DNA of 64,000 nucleotides from Escherichia coli (GTDB lineage Bacteria; Pseudomonadota; Gammaproteobacteria; Enterobacterales; Enterobacteriaceae): NCBI RefSeq assembly GCF_965641715.1, contig NZ_OZ282454.1; one strand, 5' to 3'. Shown piece by piece: positions 9,678 to 19,225 of this stretch (position 1 is its first letter; each line of letters starts with the position of its first letter). The notes under the pieces were generated by a model. It saw only the letters and a program-made list of their open reading frames with translations, ran no database searches and was not told where the DNA came from. The position numbers and the translations under genes were made by a program.

Positions 9678-11620
9678 TAATGCCAGCTAATGCACTTGCT
9701 ATTTATTGTAAAAGGATTGGAGCTCAATTAACTTACAGTGATGATGTGTCTGTTTCTGATATATTTCAGAATATCAATAGCTATATCGCTGATGATTACT
9801 TTAAATATAAGGTAAACAGCTTCGTATGTACTAAAATATCTGAACTTCCGGATGTTTTTATTGTTGAAAATAAAGCGGATGACTTTGGGGTCTATGAGCG
9901 TGTTGTTGATGGTTTTTGCTGTATTTCAAATAATCCACCAAAAGAGGATTATTCTTTTTTGGGTAAAAAGATAATTATATTACGTTCATATCCCAAGAGT
10001 TTAGATGCCTTGGTAATCTATAATTTAATAAGAAAAAAAGTACCCAAGGCGAGTATGTTATTCATTCCGCTGGTAGTATTTTCGTTACTGATACCATTCT
10101 ACTCAAATATTTTTAACTCACGATTGGTTTATAGTTCATCTTTAACTTCAGTTTTGTATATTACGATTTTGTTTGTTTTCTTTGTGTTGCTGGAAATGTT
10201 TTTTAGAATCGCTGTTTATAAAAGCGTTGAGAGAATGAATGTAAAAAATAGCGTTATGCTCAACAATTTTATTGTGTATATATTATCAGTAACAAGTGAT
10301 AAAACGGCTTTATCCACGAGCAGAACAATTGAGACTTCTGCTTCTTTATACTGGAAGGCGTCCTCAACCGCTATTGTTGATATATCTCTTCTTGTTGCTT
10401 TTTTTATTTGTATGGTTTTTATGTTGGGGGAGTATTCTTTTTTGTTATCACTGTACTATATTATTTTTTCTTTTTTTTGTGTTTATTCACGTTTCGAATC
10501 GTATCAAAAGGCTATAAAGAAAATTGGGTTGGTTGGTGAGAAAATAATTGAGCACTTTTCTTTGCACTCAAACAGAGCGCAAACGCTGTATTCCAATTTT
10601 GATACTCTCAGACATGAGCTTTTTATTAGAGATAATGTAAGTGAGGGGCTTAATGGCAGCTTAAATTTACATAATCATCAATGGGCTGAGATCCTTAAGC
10701 TTAATTCTTTTATATCAATGGCTGTAATGTACATTGCTTGTTACTTATCAGTCAGTGATGGTAACTTGCCTGTCTCGGCAATTATTGCCGTTATGATTAT
10801 AAATTCAAGGTTGTCTTCAGCAATTACTGCTTTGGTTGGTAATGTTTATAATATCAGAATGAATCTTTATCAGGTTAAGTCTGGGTTATTAAAATTAATG
10901 GAGAAAAATGAATGCCGAGGAGGAGATAAAGTTTATGTTTCACATATAGACTGTTTGTGTCTGGAAAATATAACAATTGAACCACACGGACGGGCAACAT
11001 TATCATCTTATAATGCTAAATTCTATACTGGAGATGTGGTAACTGTATTAGGGAGTGTTGGCGCAGGTAAGAGCACCCTGCTTCGATGTATTGTTGGTAA
11101 AAATGAACTACAACACGGTGTTATCCGGTATAATAAAATAAATGCATATAATATTGATATTCTTACATATCAGAAGGAGATTGCATTTTATGATACATCT
11201 TTTAGTTTTTTCCATGGTTCATTAAGGTTTAATTTTAATCTGTATGGTGTTTATGATAGTGACAGAATATTAGAAATTATTCATGACTGCTGCCCTAAAT
11301 TAAATGTTGATTCTGCATTTCTGGATGAAATGAATGCTGATGACCTGTTTTTTTCTGCGGGTGAGAAACAAAAACTCATTATTTCAATGATTCTGGAGAA
11401 AAAACCATCTTTGATCGTACTGGATGAGCCTACAGCCTTTATGCAGGGTAATGAAGGTCTTGCTTTTATAAAGCGGTTGGTTGAACGTCATCGGGGGGCT
11501 ATTTTCTTTATTGCCACGCATGACTCCATGTTGAAACAAATAGGGAACAAATCGATACATATAAAGCAAGAGATGATGCCAAAAAAAATATTTATTAACA
11601 CACCTGCTGTAGGGGCCTGA
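9674..11620 (+). CDS. Type I secretion ABC transporter ATPase/permease (HlyB-like, 648 aa)
   Basis: N-terminal C39-like domain, TM domain, Walker A GSVGAGKST, signature FSAGEKQK, Walker B LIVLDEP, H-loop ATHD. Confidence 0.85.
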   Translation: MIMPANALAIYCKRIGAQLTYSDDVSVSDIFQNINSYIADDYFKYKVNSFVCTKISELPDVFIVENKADDFGVYERVVDGFCCISNNPPKEDYSFLGKKIIILRSYPKSLDALVIYNLIRKKVPKASMLFIPLVVFSLLIPFYSNIFNSRLVYSSSLTSVLYITILFVFFVLLEMFFRIAVYKSVERMNVKNSVMLNNFIVYILSVTSDKTALSTSRTIETSASLYWKASSTAIVDISLLVAFFICMVFMLGEYSFLLSLYYIIFSFFCVYSRFESYQKAIKKIGLVGEKIIEHFSLHSNRAQTLYSNFDTLRHELFIRDNVSEGLNGSLNLHNHQWAEILKLNSFISMAVMYIACYLSVSDGNLPVSAIIAVMIINSRLSSAITALVGNVYNIRMNLYQVKSGLLKLMEKNECRGGDKVYVSHIDCLCLENITIEPHGRATLSSYNAKFYTGDVVTVLGSVGAGKSTLLRCIVGKNELQHGVIRYNKINAYNIDILTYQKEIAFYDTSFSFFHGSLRFNFNLYGVYDSDRILEIIHDCCPKLNVDSAFLDEMNADDLFFSAGEKQKLIISMILEKKPSLIVLDEPTAFMQGNEGLAFIKRLVERHRGAIFFIATHDSMLKQIGNKSIHIKQEMMPKKIFINTPAVGA

Positions 11621-11692
11621 GCATAGTTTCTTTATGTTGCTGTAAATGATTATGTTATAAGATAGTAATGTGTTTAAAGAGAGGGTATTTTT

Positions 11693-14600
11693 ATGAAAAA
11701 TATAACTGTTTCTGATTTTGACTCCAAAAATACACTTGTCGATAATTTTAAATTATCGGGGTTTGATGTCGTTGTTACTGATGTAAAAGGAGACAGGGTC
11801 AGGATTGTTGATGCTTTACCTGAACTTCTTCTTGGAAACCTTAAGCTTAAAAATGCTGATGGTCATAATATTGATCCAACGGAAATTGTCTCCTCTATAG
11901 ACGCATCTAAACTCGGGTTAGATGTGGCTGTTCTTGGGGGGCTAATTGATGGTGCTGATATGAAAGGCTCCTCCCAAAAGGCACAATCGGATAAGAAAGA
12001 AGATGATAATAAAAGACTCACAGAATTACTTAACGAAAATAAAAAACTAAAGGAAGAGCTTGCAGACGCACAGCAACCAAAAGAGTCACCAAATAAAATC
12101 GAGGTGATAGCGGAAAAGACAGAAACCATCATGCAACAATATCAGGAACCACCTCTGGAAGAAAGTGTTCCGAAAATTTATACCCCGAAGAAACCTCAGT
12201 TGATTTTAGATGATGCTGGCGGATCATCTGTTTCCAGTTCTCAGGGGGCAAATCCTTCCAGGCAGGAGGGAAGTGATGTAACTGGAAATGCATCTACTAC
12301 TTTGAACGATGTCATACCTTTAGTTGCACATTTAAGCGATAAAAGCGATACAGGAGTAACCGGAGACAATATTACGGGATGTAATAAGCCTGTTTTCACC
12401 GGTACCACGGCCCCTGAAGCTGAGGTGACATTAACCATTGGTGGAAAAACATACAGCACTAAAGCAGATGTAAACGGCCGGTGGAATATTACTGTCAGTG
12501 ATCCTCTTCCTGAAGGGAGTAATCCTTATACCGTTCAGGCAACAGCATCCAACGGAGCTTCCGGTACTCTTCAGGGCGGCGTTGTTATTGATACTCAGGC
12601 TCAGGAAATTACGGTTTCACTGAGCAGTGCTTCAGATACAGGAGTAAAAGGTGATTTTATCACCCAGGTGACCACTCCGACATTTAATGGTACGGCGGAA
12701 GCCGGTGCCAGGCTGACACTGGCAATTGGTTCCAGTGTCTATACCTTTGCAGCGGATGCATCCGGAAGATGGAGTTTTACTCTGCCGGAGCAGTTGCAGG
12801 ATGGCGTACATCAGTACACATTAACAGCCACAGATATTGCGGGAAATATCAGTACAGGTACAGGCTCTGTAACTATTGATACAACTGGACCGGAGTTAAC
12901 ACAGCAGATCGATCCGTCGTCAAATAATATGGTGTCTGATGATGTCATTAGTAACAGTAGTCCCGTATTTAGTGGCAGAACAGAAGCTAATCTTATAGTC
13001 ACTATAACTATTGCAGGAATAAGTTATAACGTGATGGCTGATGAGTCAGGTAACTGGAAATTTACTGTGCCTAACAATCTGCCTGATGGAGCTTATTCTT
13101 ATACAGTCAGTGTGACTGACAATGCAGGAAATGTTTCGTCAAGCACAGGACAGGTTAGTGTGTTAGCCCAGTCGGACAGTTCAACATTATTACTGACGGG
13201 GGGGCTTGATACTACCAGCGATACAGGAGTAACCGGAGACAATATTACGGGATGTAATAAGCCTGTTTTCACCGGTACCACGGCTCCTGAAGCTGAGGTG
13301 ACATTAACCATTGGTGGAAAAACATACAGCACTAAAGCAGATGTAAACGGCCGGTGGAATATTACTGTCAGTGATCCTCTTCCTGAAGGGAGTAATCCTT
13401 ATACCGTTCAGGCAACAGCATCCAACGGAGCTTCCGGTACTCTTCAGGGCGGCGTTGTTATTGATACTCAGGCTCAGGAAATCACGGTTTCACTGAGCAG
13501 TGCTTCAGATACAGGAGTAAAAGGTGATTTTATCACCCAGGTGACCACTCCGACATTTAATGGTACGGCGGAAGCCGGTGCCAGGCTGACACTGGCAATT
13601 GGTTCCAGTGTCTATACCTTTGCAGCGGATGCATCCGGAAGATGGAGTTTTACTCTGCCGGAGCAGTTGCAGGATGGCGTACATCAGTACACATTAACAG
13701 CCACAGATATTGCGGGAAATATCAGTACAGGTACAGGCTCTGTAACTATTGATACAACTGGACCGGAGTTAACACAGCAGATCGATCCGTCGTCAAATAA
13801 TATGGTGTCTGATGATGTCATTAGTAACAGTAGTCCCGTATTTAGTGGCAGAACAGAAGCTAATCTTATAGTCACTATAACTATTGCAGGAATAAGTTAT
13901 AACGTGATGGCTGATGAGTCAGGTAACTGGAAATTTACTGTGCCTAACAATCTGCCTGATGGAGCTTATTCTTATACAGTCAGTGTGACTGACAATGCAG
14001 GAAATGTTTCGTCAAGCACAGGACAGGTTAGTGTGTTAGCCCAGTCGGACAGTTCAACATTATTACTGACGGGGGGGCTTGATACTACCAGCGATACAGG
14101 AGTAACCGGAGACAATATTACGGGATGTAATAAGCCTGTTTTCACCGGTACCACGGCTCCTGAAGCTGAGGTGACATTAACCATTGGTGGAAAAACATAC
14201 AGCACTAAAGCAGATGTAAACGGCCGGTGGAATATTACTGTCAGTGATCCTCTTCCTGAAGGGAGTAATCCTTATACCGTTCAGGCAACAGCATCCAACG
14301 GAGCTTCCGGTACTCTTCAGGGCGGCGTTGTTATTGATACTCAGGCTCAGGAAATCACGGTTTCACTGAGCAGTGCTTCAGATACAGGAGTAAAAGGTGA
14401 TTTTATCACCCAGGTGACCACTCCGACATTTAATGGTACGGCGGAAGCCGGTGCCAGGCTGACACTGGCAATTGGTTCCAGTGTCTATACCTTTGCAGCG
14501 GATGCATCCGGAAGATGGAGTTTTACTCTGCCGGAGCAGTTGCAGGATGGCGTACATCAGTACACATTAACAGCCACAGATATTGCGGGAAATATCAGTA

Positions 14601-17600
14601 CAGGTACAGGCTCTGTAACTATTGATACAACTGGACCGGAGTTAACACAGCAGATCGATCCGTCGTCAAATAATATGGTGTCTGATGATGTCATTAGTAA
14701 CAGTAGTCCCGTATTTAGTGGCAGAACAGAAGCTAATCTTATAGTCACTATAACTATTGCAGGAATAAGTTATAACGTGATGGCTGATGAGTCAGGTAAC
14801 TGGAAATTTACTGTGCCTAACAATCTGCCTGATGGAGCTTATTCTTATACAGTCAGTGTGACTGACAATGCAGGAAATGTTTCGTCAAGCACAGGACAGG
14901 TTAGTGTGTTAGCCCAGTCGGACAGTTCAACATTATTACTGACGGGGGGGCTTGATACTACCAGCGATACAGGAGTAACCGGAGACAATATTACGGGATG
15001 TAATAAGCCTGTTTTCACCGGTACCACGGCTCCTGAAGCTGAGGTGACATTAACCATTGGTGGAAAAACATACAGCACTAAAGCAGATGTAAACGGCCGG
15101 TGGAATATTACTGTCAGTGATCCTCTTCCTGAAGGGAGTAATCCTTATACCGTTCAGGCAACAGCATCCAACGGAGCTTCCGGTACTCTTCAGGGCGGCG
15201 TTGTTATTGATACTCAGGCTCAGGAAATCACGGTTTCACTGAGCAGTGCTTCAGATACAGGAGTAAAAGGTGATTTTATCACCCAGGTGACCACTCCGAC
15301 ATTTAATGGTACGGCGGAAGCCGGTGCCAGGCTGACACTGGCAATTGGTTCCAGTGTCTATACCTTTGCAGCGGATGCATCCGGAAGATGGAGTTTTACT
15401 CTGCCGGAGCAGTTGCAGGATGGCGTACATCAGTACACATTAACAGCCACAGATATTGCGGGAAATATCAGTACAGGTACAGGCTCTGTAACTATTGATA
15501 CAACTGGACCGGAGTTAACACAGCAGATCGATCCGTCAAATCAAATTTTGACTGGAAATATGATTAGTAATGTACAACCAACTTTCTCAGGCAAGACTGA
15601 ACCTGGTGTCCGTCTTACAATTTCTATTGCTGATAATACATACAATGTTATTGTTGATGACACAGGACGCTGGAGTTTTACCGTCCCCATGGCATTAGAA
15701 AATAAAATATGGGATTATCAAATTACCGCTACTGATCTGGCCGGTAATCAAACAACTCTGAAAGAACAGATTGTTATTAACCATCAAGAATCTGTTGCAA
15801 ATATTCCTGTAACTGGTGGACTTAATATATCTACCGATTCCGGGATTGTTGGAGACAAAATCACTAACTTCAAAAAAATATCGTTTACAGGAATAACAGA
15901 GCCTGGAGCAACTATTAATTTAGTTATCGCAGATAAAAATTATACAGGGAAGGCGGATGAACAGGGAAATTGGATTGTTTATGTTGAGGAAGAGTTACAG
16001 GATGGTACGTATGATTATATAGTTACAGCTACTGGTTCTGCGGGAACAACCGGAGTATTTAATAGTTACGTTACTGTAGATACCTGCCAACCCAATGCAA
16101 ATGTAGCTTTAGCTTCCGGCTCCGACTCCGGGGTTAAGGGGGATTGTATTACCAACATTACACTCCCAGTTTTAACGGGTAACACGGAGCCAAATACTCT
16201 CGTTCAAATCAATATTGGAGGGGTTGATTATGAAACTATTTCAGATAATTATGGTCAATGGAGTGTAACCATAAAATCCCCATTAAAGGAGGGGGATAAT
16301 ATCTATACTATCCTGGTAAAAGATGCCGCTGGAAACTCAAGTAATGCAACTGGGATATTGAAAATTGATACTACATCTCCAAGCCTTTCCGGAATTAAGT
16401 TTGGTGATGGGTTTGATGACCGCTGCACTAATACTTATACGCCCACAATTATTGGTTGGGGAGAGGCCGGTGCTACTGTTGATATTATTATTGGCAGCCG
16501 AAAACACAGTGTAATAGTACCTGATAACCGTCAGTGGCAATTCAAAGTGCCAAAGGGATTTATTGCTGAAGGAAATAAAGTTCAGTACATTACATTTGTA
16601 GAAACGGATGTCGCGGGTAACAAAACTGAACAAAAGATTAAGTTTCAGTTTATTACGGAAAAACCAATAATAAATGCAGATATCTCCCATTCTACAGATA
16701 CAGATATTATTGGGGATAAGATAACCAGCAACACAAAGCCTATACTTGAGGGGACAGTAATAAATACTGCCCAGAAACCTGAGCAAATTGCGAAGGCGAA
16801 AGTATCTGTCTATATTGATGGTAAAGAATATAATAATATATCTGTGGATAAAAATGGACACTGGACGTTCCAGTTGCCTCAGGAGCTATCTACAGGGAAT
16901 ACATATAACTATACTGTGTCAGTGACTGACTTTGTTGGTAATAAAAATACATTTGAATCTTATATTACTATTTCTGCTTTATCCTGCTCTTTAGATGCAG
17001 AGTGCATTACAGGACAGGGGACAAACGTTGAAACTTCAAACAAAACACCCACATTGTCGGGAACTGCACATGCGAATTCAGATCTGACAGTTTATCTAAA
17101 TAATAAACAATATACAGTTAAGGCATCAGTTGATGGTGGCTGGTTTTTTAAAATCACAGAACCATTAGGTGATGGTAAATATGACTATAAAGTGACAGAA
17201 AAGACTACTGACGGAAAAACCAATACATTTAATGGGTATTTTATCATTGATACAAAAGCACCAACAAACTTGACAGTAGAAGTGGAAGATAGCGCATTGG
17301 GAAATGCAACGATTGCCAATCGTCCTGATTTAACGTTAAAAGGGAAAACCGAAGCTTTAGCTTTAGTTACCATTGCTGTTGGTGGCATTACTTATCAAAC
17401 AAAGGCTGATACGCAAGGAAATTGGTCTTATACATTTGATAAAAATGCTTTTATTATTAATCAGCCTTATAATTATACTGTGACAGCCAGTGATGCTGCA
17501 GGTAATAAAATTAGCGTTAATGGTGTGTTTCGCGTGGATACTATTACTGTTGCAGCGAATATTGATACAAACAGTAATTCTGGAGACAAAAACGATAACA

Positions 17601-19060
17601 TTACAAATGTTGCTACTCCAACAATTAATGGAGAAACTGCTGCAGGAGCAAAAGTAACTTTGGTTATTGGCGGAAAAAACTATACGACAACAGCAAACAG
17701 TGATGGAAAATGGGCAATCACAGTAGATTCGTTAAAAGATAATACATATAACTATATTGTTACCGCTGAGATAGATGGGAAAAAGAACTATGCATCAGGT
17801 AGTGTCGTTATTGATACCGCTACGATCACGCCTACGGCAGAATTAGATGAAAGTAGTGATACAGGTATAAAGCATGACAATATTACTAATAACTCAACAC
17901 CAATATTAACCGGGCAGGCAGAAGCAGGTTCGACGATTAAGTTAACTATAAACGGCAGTATTTATACTGATATTGCCGATGCACATGGGAATTGGTCTAT
18001 AAAAATTACATACCCGCTATGGGAGGGGGTAAATGAATATACTCTTCAGGCGGAAGATAAAGCTGGTAATTTTTCAGACATCTTAACCGGACATATTATA
18101 TTGGATTCAAAATTAGATGTGCCGACAGCTACATTGGTAGAATCTGATAATAGTGGAGATCAATCTGATAACATCACAAATATTTCAATGCCGTCATTAA
18201 CAGGGCTCGCAGAGCCTGGAGCAACTGTTACTATAAAAATAAGCGATCATATTTACTCGACGATTGCAAATACAGATGGCACCTGGACTGTCCAGGTGAC
18301 TAATCCTTTAAACGAAGGTGTTAACCACTATGAAGTAGAGGTCCAGGATAATGCGGGGAATACGAAAAATATCACAGGCGATATTGTACTTGATACAACA
18401 AAACCTACATTGACGGATGTCAAAATAGCAGATCAAATTGCCTCCGAACATGATAATATAACGGTACAGGATAATCCGGTTTTCACTGGAAAAGTCGATG
18501 ATATTACTGCAACGGTGTCTATCTGCTTCGGAGAAGGAAATGAAAAACATCTTGTAACAGTAGGGGATGATGGTCACTGGCGTTATCAGCATAATTCGCC
18601 ATTTACCCTTGGTGAACATCAATTTACCGTTGAAGTATCGGATAAGGCGGGTAACACGTCGTCAAGTACTTATGACTTTGAGGTTATATCCCCAGAGCAA
18701 GTTCCAGTTCCGCTTGATGAACAACGACTACCGGTGGAAATTGAGGGGGCCGCATTATCTGGCGCACAGGTTGAACTTTTAATCGATAATGAACTCTATT
18801 CTACCCAAGTAGATAGTACTGGAAAATGGAATATTTTAACAAATTCCTATACGCCAGGAAAATACGATTATGAATTAAAAATAACTCATCCATCAGGAGA
18901 AACTATCACTGACAAAGGGAAGGTTGATATAACCAATAAGCCTCTTGCAATTGATAATCATCATGAATCATTAATAAATACATCGGCAAAAGTTGATGAT
19001 TCTGCATTTATTCATAGTGCACTTGAGGATGTTTATATAAATCATCAGGAGCAAGAGTAA
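11693..19060 (+). CDS. Giant T1SS-secreted adhesin of tandem bacterial Ig-like domains (2455 aa; SiiE-like)
   Basis: N-terminal coiled-coil segment, about 20 Ig-like modules of about 97 aa (recurring DTGVxGDxIT...GxxEAG...TAxDxAGN), no canonical RTX nonapeptide repeats seen, C-terminal uncleaved-type tail; directly downstream of ABC/MFP/OMP genes. Confidence 0.85.
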   Translation: MKNITVSDFDSKNTLVDNFKLSGFDVVVTDVKGDRVRIVDALPELLLGNLKLKNADGHNIDPTEIVSSIDASKLGLDVAVLGGLIDGADMKGSSQKAQSDKKEDDNKRLTELLNENKKLKEELADAQQPKESPNKIEVIAEKTETIMQQYQEPPLEESVPKIYTPKKPQLILDDAGGSSVSSSQGANPSRQEGSDVTGNASTTLNDVIPLVAHLSDKSDTGVTGDNITGCNKPVFTGTTAPEAEVTLTIGGKTYSTKADVNGRWNITVSDPLPEGSNPYTVQATASNGASGTLQGGVVIDTQAQEITVSLSSASDTGVKGDFITQVTTPTFNGTAEAGARLTLAIGSSVYTFAADASGRWSFTLPEQLQDGVHQYTLTATDIAGNISTGTGSVTIDTTGPELTQQIDPSSNNMVSDDVISNSSPVFSGRTEANLIVTITIAGISYNVMADESGNWKFTVPNNLPDGAYSYTVSVTDNAGNVSSSTGQVSVLAQSDSSTLLLTGGLDTTSDTGVTGDNITGCNKPVFTGTTAPEAEVTLTIGGKTYSTKADVNGRWNITVSDPLPEGSNPYTVQATASNGASGTLQGGVVIDTQAQEITVSLSSASDTGVKGDFITQVTTPTFNGTAEAGARLTLAIGSSVYTFAADASGRWSFTLPEQLQDGVHQYTLTATDIAGNISTGTGSVTIDTTGPELTQQIDPSSNNMVSDDVISNSSPVFSGRTEANLIVTITIAGISYNVMADESGNWKFTVPNNLPDGAYSYTVSVTDNAGNVSSSTGQVSVLAQSDSSTLLLTGGLDTTSDTGVTGDNITGCNKPVFTGTTAPEAEVTLTIGGKTYSTKADVNGRWNITVSDPLPEGSNPYTVQATASNGASGTLQGGVVIDTQAQEITVSLSSASDTGVKGDFITQVTTPTFNGTAEAGARLTLAIGSSVYTFAADASGRWSFTLPEQLQDGVHQYTLTATDIAGNISTGTGSVTIDTTGPELTQQIDPSSNNMVSDDVISNSSPVFSGRTEANLIVTITIAGISYNVMADESGNWKFTVPNNLPDGAYSYTVSVTDNAGNVSSSTGQVSVLAQSDSSTLLLTGGLDTTSDTGVTGDNITGCNKPVFTGTTAPEAEVTLTIGGKTYSTKADVNGRWNITVSDPLPEGSNPYTVQATASNGASGTLQGGVVIDTQAQEITVSLSSASDTGVKGDFITQVTTPTFNGTAEAGARLTLAIGSSVYTFAADASGRWSFTLPEQLQDGVHQYTLTATDIAGNISTGTGSVTIDTTGPELTQQIDPSNQILTGNMISNVQPTFSGKTEPGVRLTISIADNTYNVIVDDTGRWSFTVPMALENKIWDYQITATDLAGNQTTLKEQIVINHQESVANIPVTGGLNISTDSGIVGDKITNFKKISFTGITEPGATINLVIADKNYTGKADEQGNWIVYVEEELQDGTYDYIVTATGSAGTTGVFNSYVTVDTCQPNANVALASGSDSGVKGDCITNITLPVLTGNTEPNTLVQINIGGVDYETISDNYGQWSVTIKSPLKEGDNIYTILVKDAAGNSSNATGILKIDTTSPSLSGIKFGDGFDDRCTNTYTPTIIGWGEAGATVDIIIGSRKHSVIVPDNRQWQFKVPKGFIAEGNKVQYITFVETDVAGNKTEQKIKFQFITEKPIINADISHSTDTDIIGDKITSNTKPILEGTVINTAQKPEQIAKAKVSVYIDGKEYNNISVDKNGHWTFQLPQELSTGNTYNYTVSVTDFVGNKNTFESYITISALSCSLDAECITGQGTNVETSNKTPTLSGTAHANSDLTVYLNNKQYTVKASVDGGWFFKITEPLGDGKYDYKVTEKTTDGKTNTFNGYFIIDTKAPTNLTVEVEDSALGNATIANRPDLTLKGKTEALALVTIAVGGITYQTKADTQGNWSYTFDKNAFIINQPYNYTVTASDAAGNKISVNGVFRVDTITVAANIDTNSNSGDKNDNITNVATPTINGETAAGAKVTLVIGGKNYTTTANSDGKWAITVDSLKDNTYNYIVTAEIDGKKNYASGSVVIDTATITPTAELDESSDTGIKHDNITNNSTPILTGQAEAGSTIKLTINGSIYTDIADAHGNWSIKITYPLWEGVNEYTLQAEDKAGNFSDILTGHIILDSKLDVPTATLVESDNSGDQSDNITNISMPSLTGLAEPGATVTIKISDHIYSTIANTDGTWTVQVTNPLNEGVNHYEVEVQDNAGNTKNITGDIVLDTTKPTLTDVKIADQIASEHDNITVQDNPVFTGKVDDITATVSICFGEGNEKHLVTVGDDGHWRYQHNSPFTLGEHQFTVEVSDKAGNTSSSTYDFEVISPEQVPVPLDEQRLPVEIEGAALSGAQVELLIDNELYSTQVDSTGKWNILTNSYTPGKYDYELKITHPSGETITDKGKVDITNKPLAIDNHHESLINTSAKVDDSAFIHSALEDVYINHQEQE
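12344..15537 (+). repeat. Near-identical 873-bp (291-aa) tandem repeat, about 3.66 copies, inside the adhesin gene
   Basis: ORF track shows identical antisense ORFs recurring every 873 bp (12241/13099/13972/14845 and 12811/13684/14557); direct sequence comparison shows only a couple of mismatches in copy 1. Confidence 0.9.
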
Positions 19061-19089
19061 TCCCACCACCCGGTTTTATGGGGAGTATC

Positions 19090-19135
19090 CAAGAACCACC
19101 TCCATCGGGGGTGGTTCTTGAGCTGGGTGTTTCAT
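19090..19135 (+). terminator. Candidate rho-independent terminator after adhesin gene
   Basis: Perfect 11-bp stem caagaaccacc/ggtggttcttg with 9-nt loop followed by T-containing tract; 30 bp after stop codon. Confidence 0.5.
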
Positions 19136-19225
19136 TTTCGCTGATAAGTTTTCCTAAATCCTTTACAGAAACTTATTGAATATTGATTTCCGGCCCTCAG
19201 AAATGAGGACCGGCATATTATCAGA

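Noticed and set aside
12241-15078. Seven minus-strand ORFs of 63-77 aa recurring with 873-bp spacing
   Set aside because: They lie antisense to the adhesin gene and recur only because the underlying coding repeat recurs; not independent genes.
12344-15537. Possible CRISPR array suggested by regular repeats
   Set aside because: Repeat unit is 873 bp, contiguous and protein-coding, with no short repeat-spacer structure; no CRISPR array or cas genes anywhere in the window.
16337-16861. 174-aa minus-strand ORF inside the adhesin gene
   Set aside because: Antisense to the adhesin in AT-rich DNA, Ile/Tyr/Phe-rich translation typical of chance ORFs.
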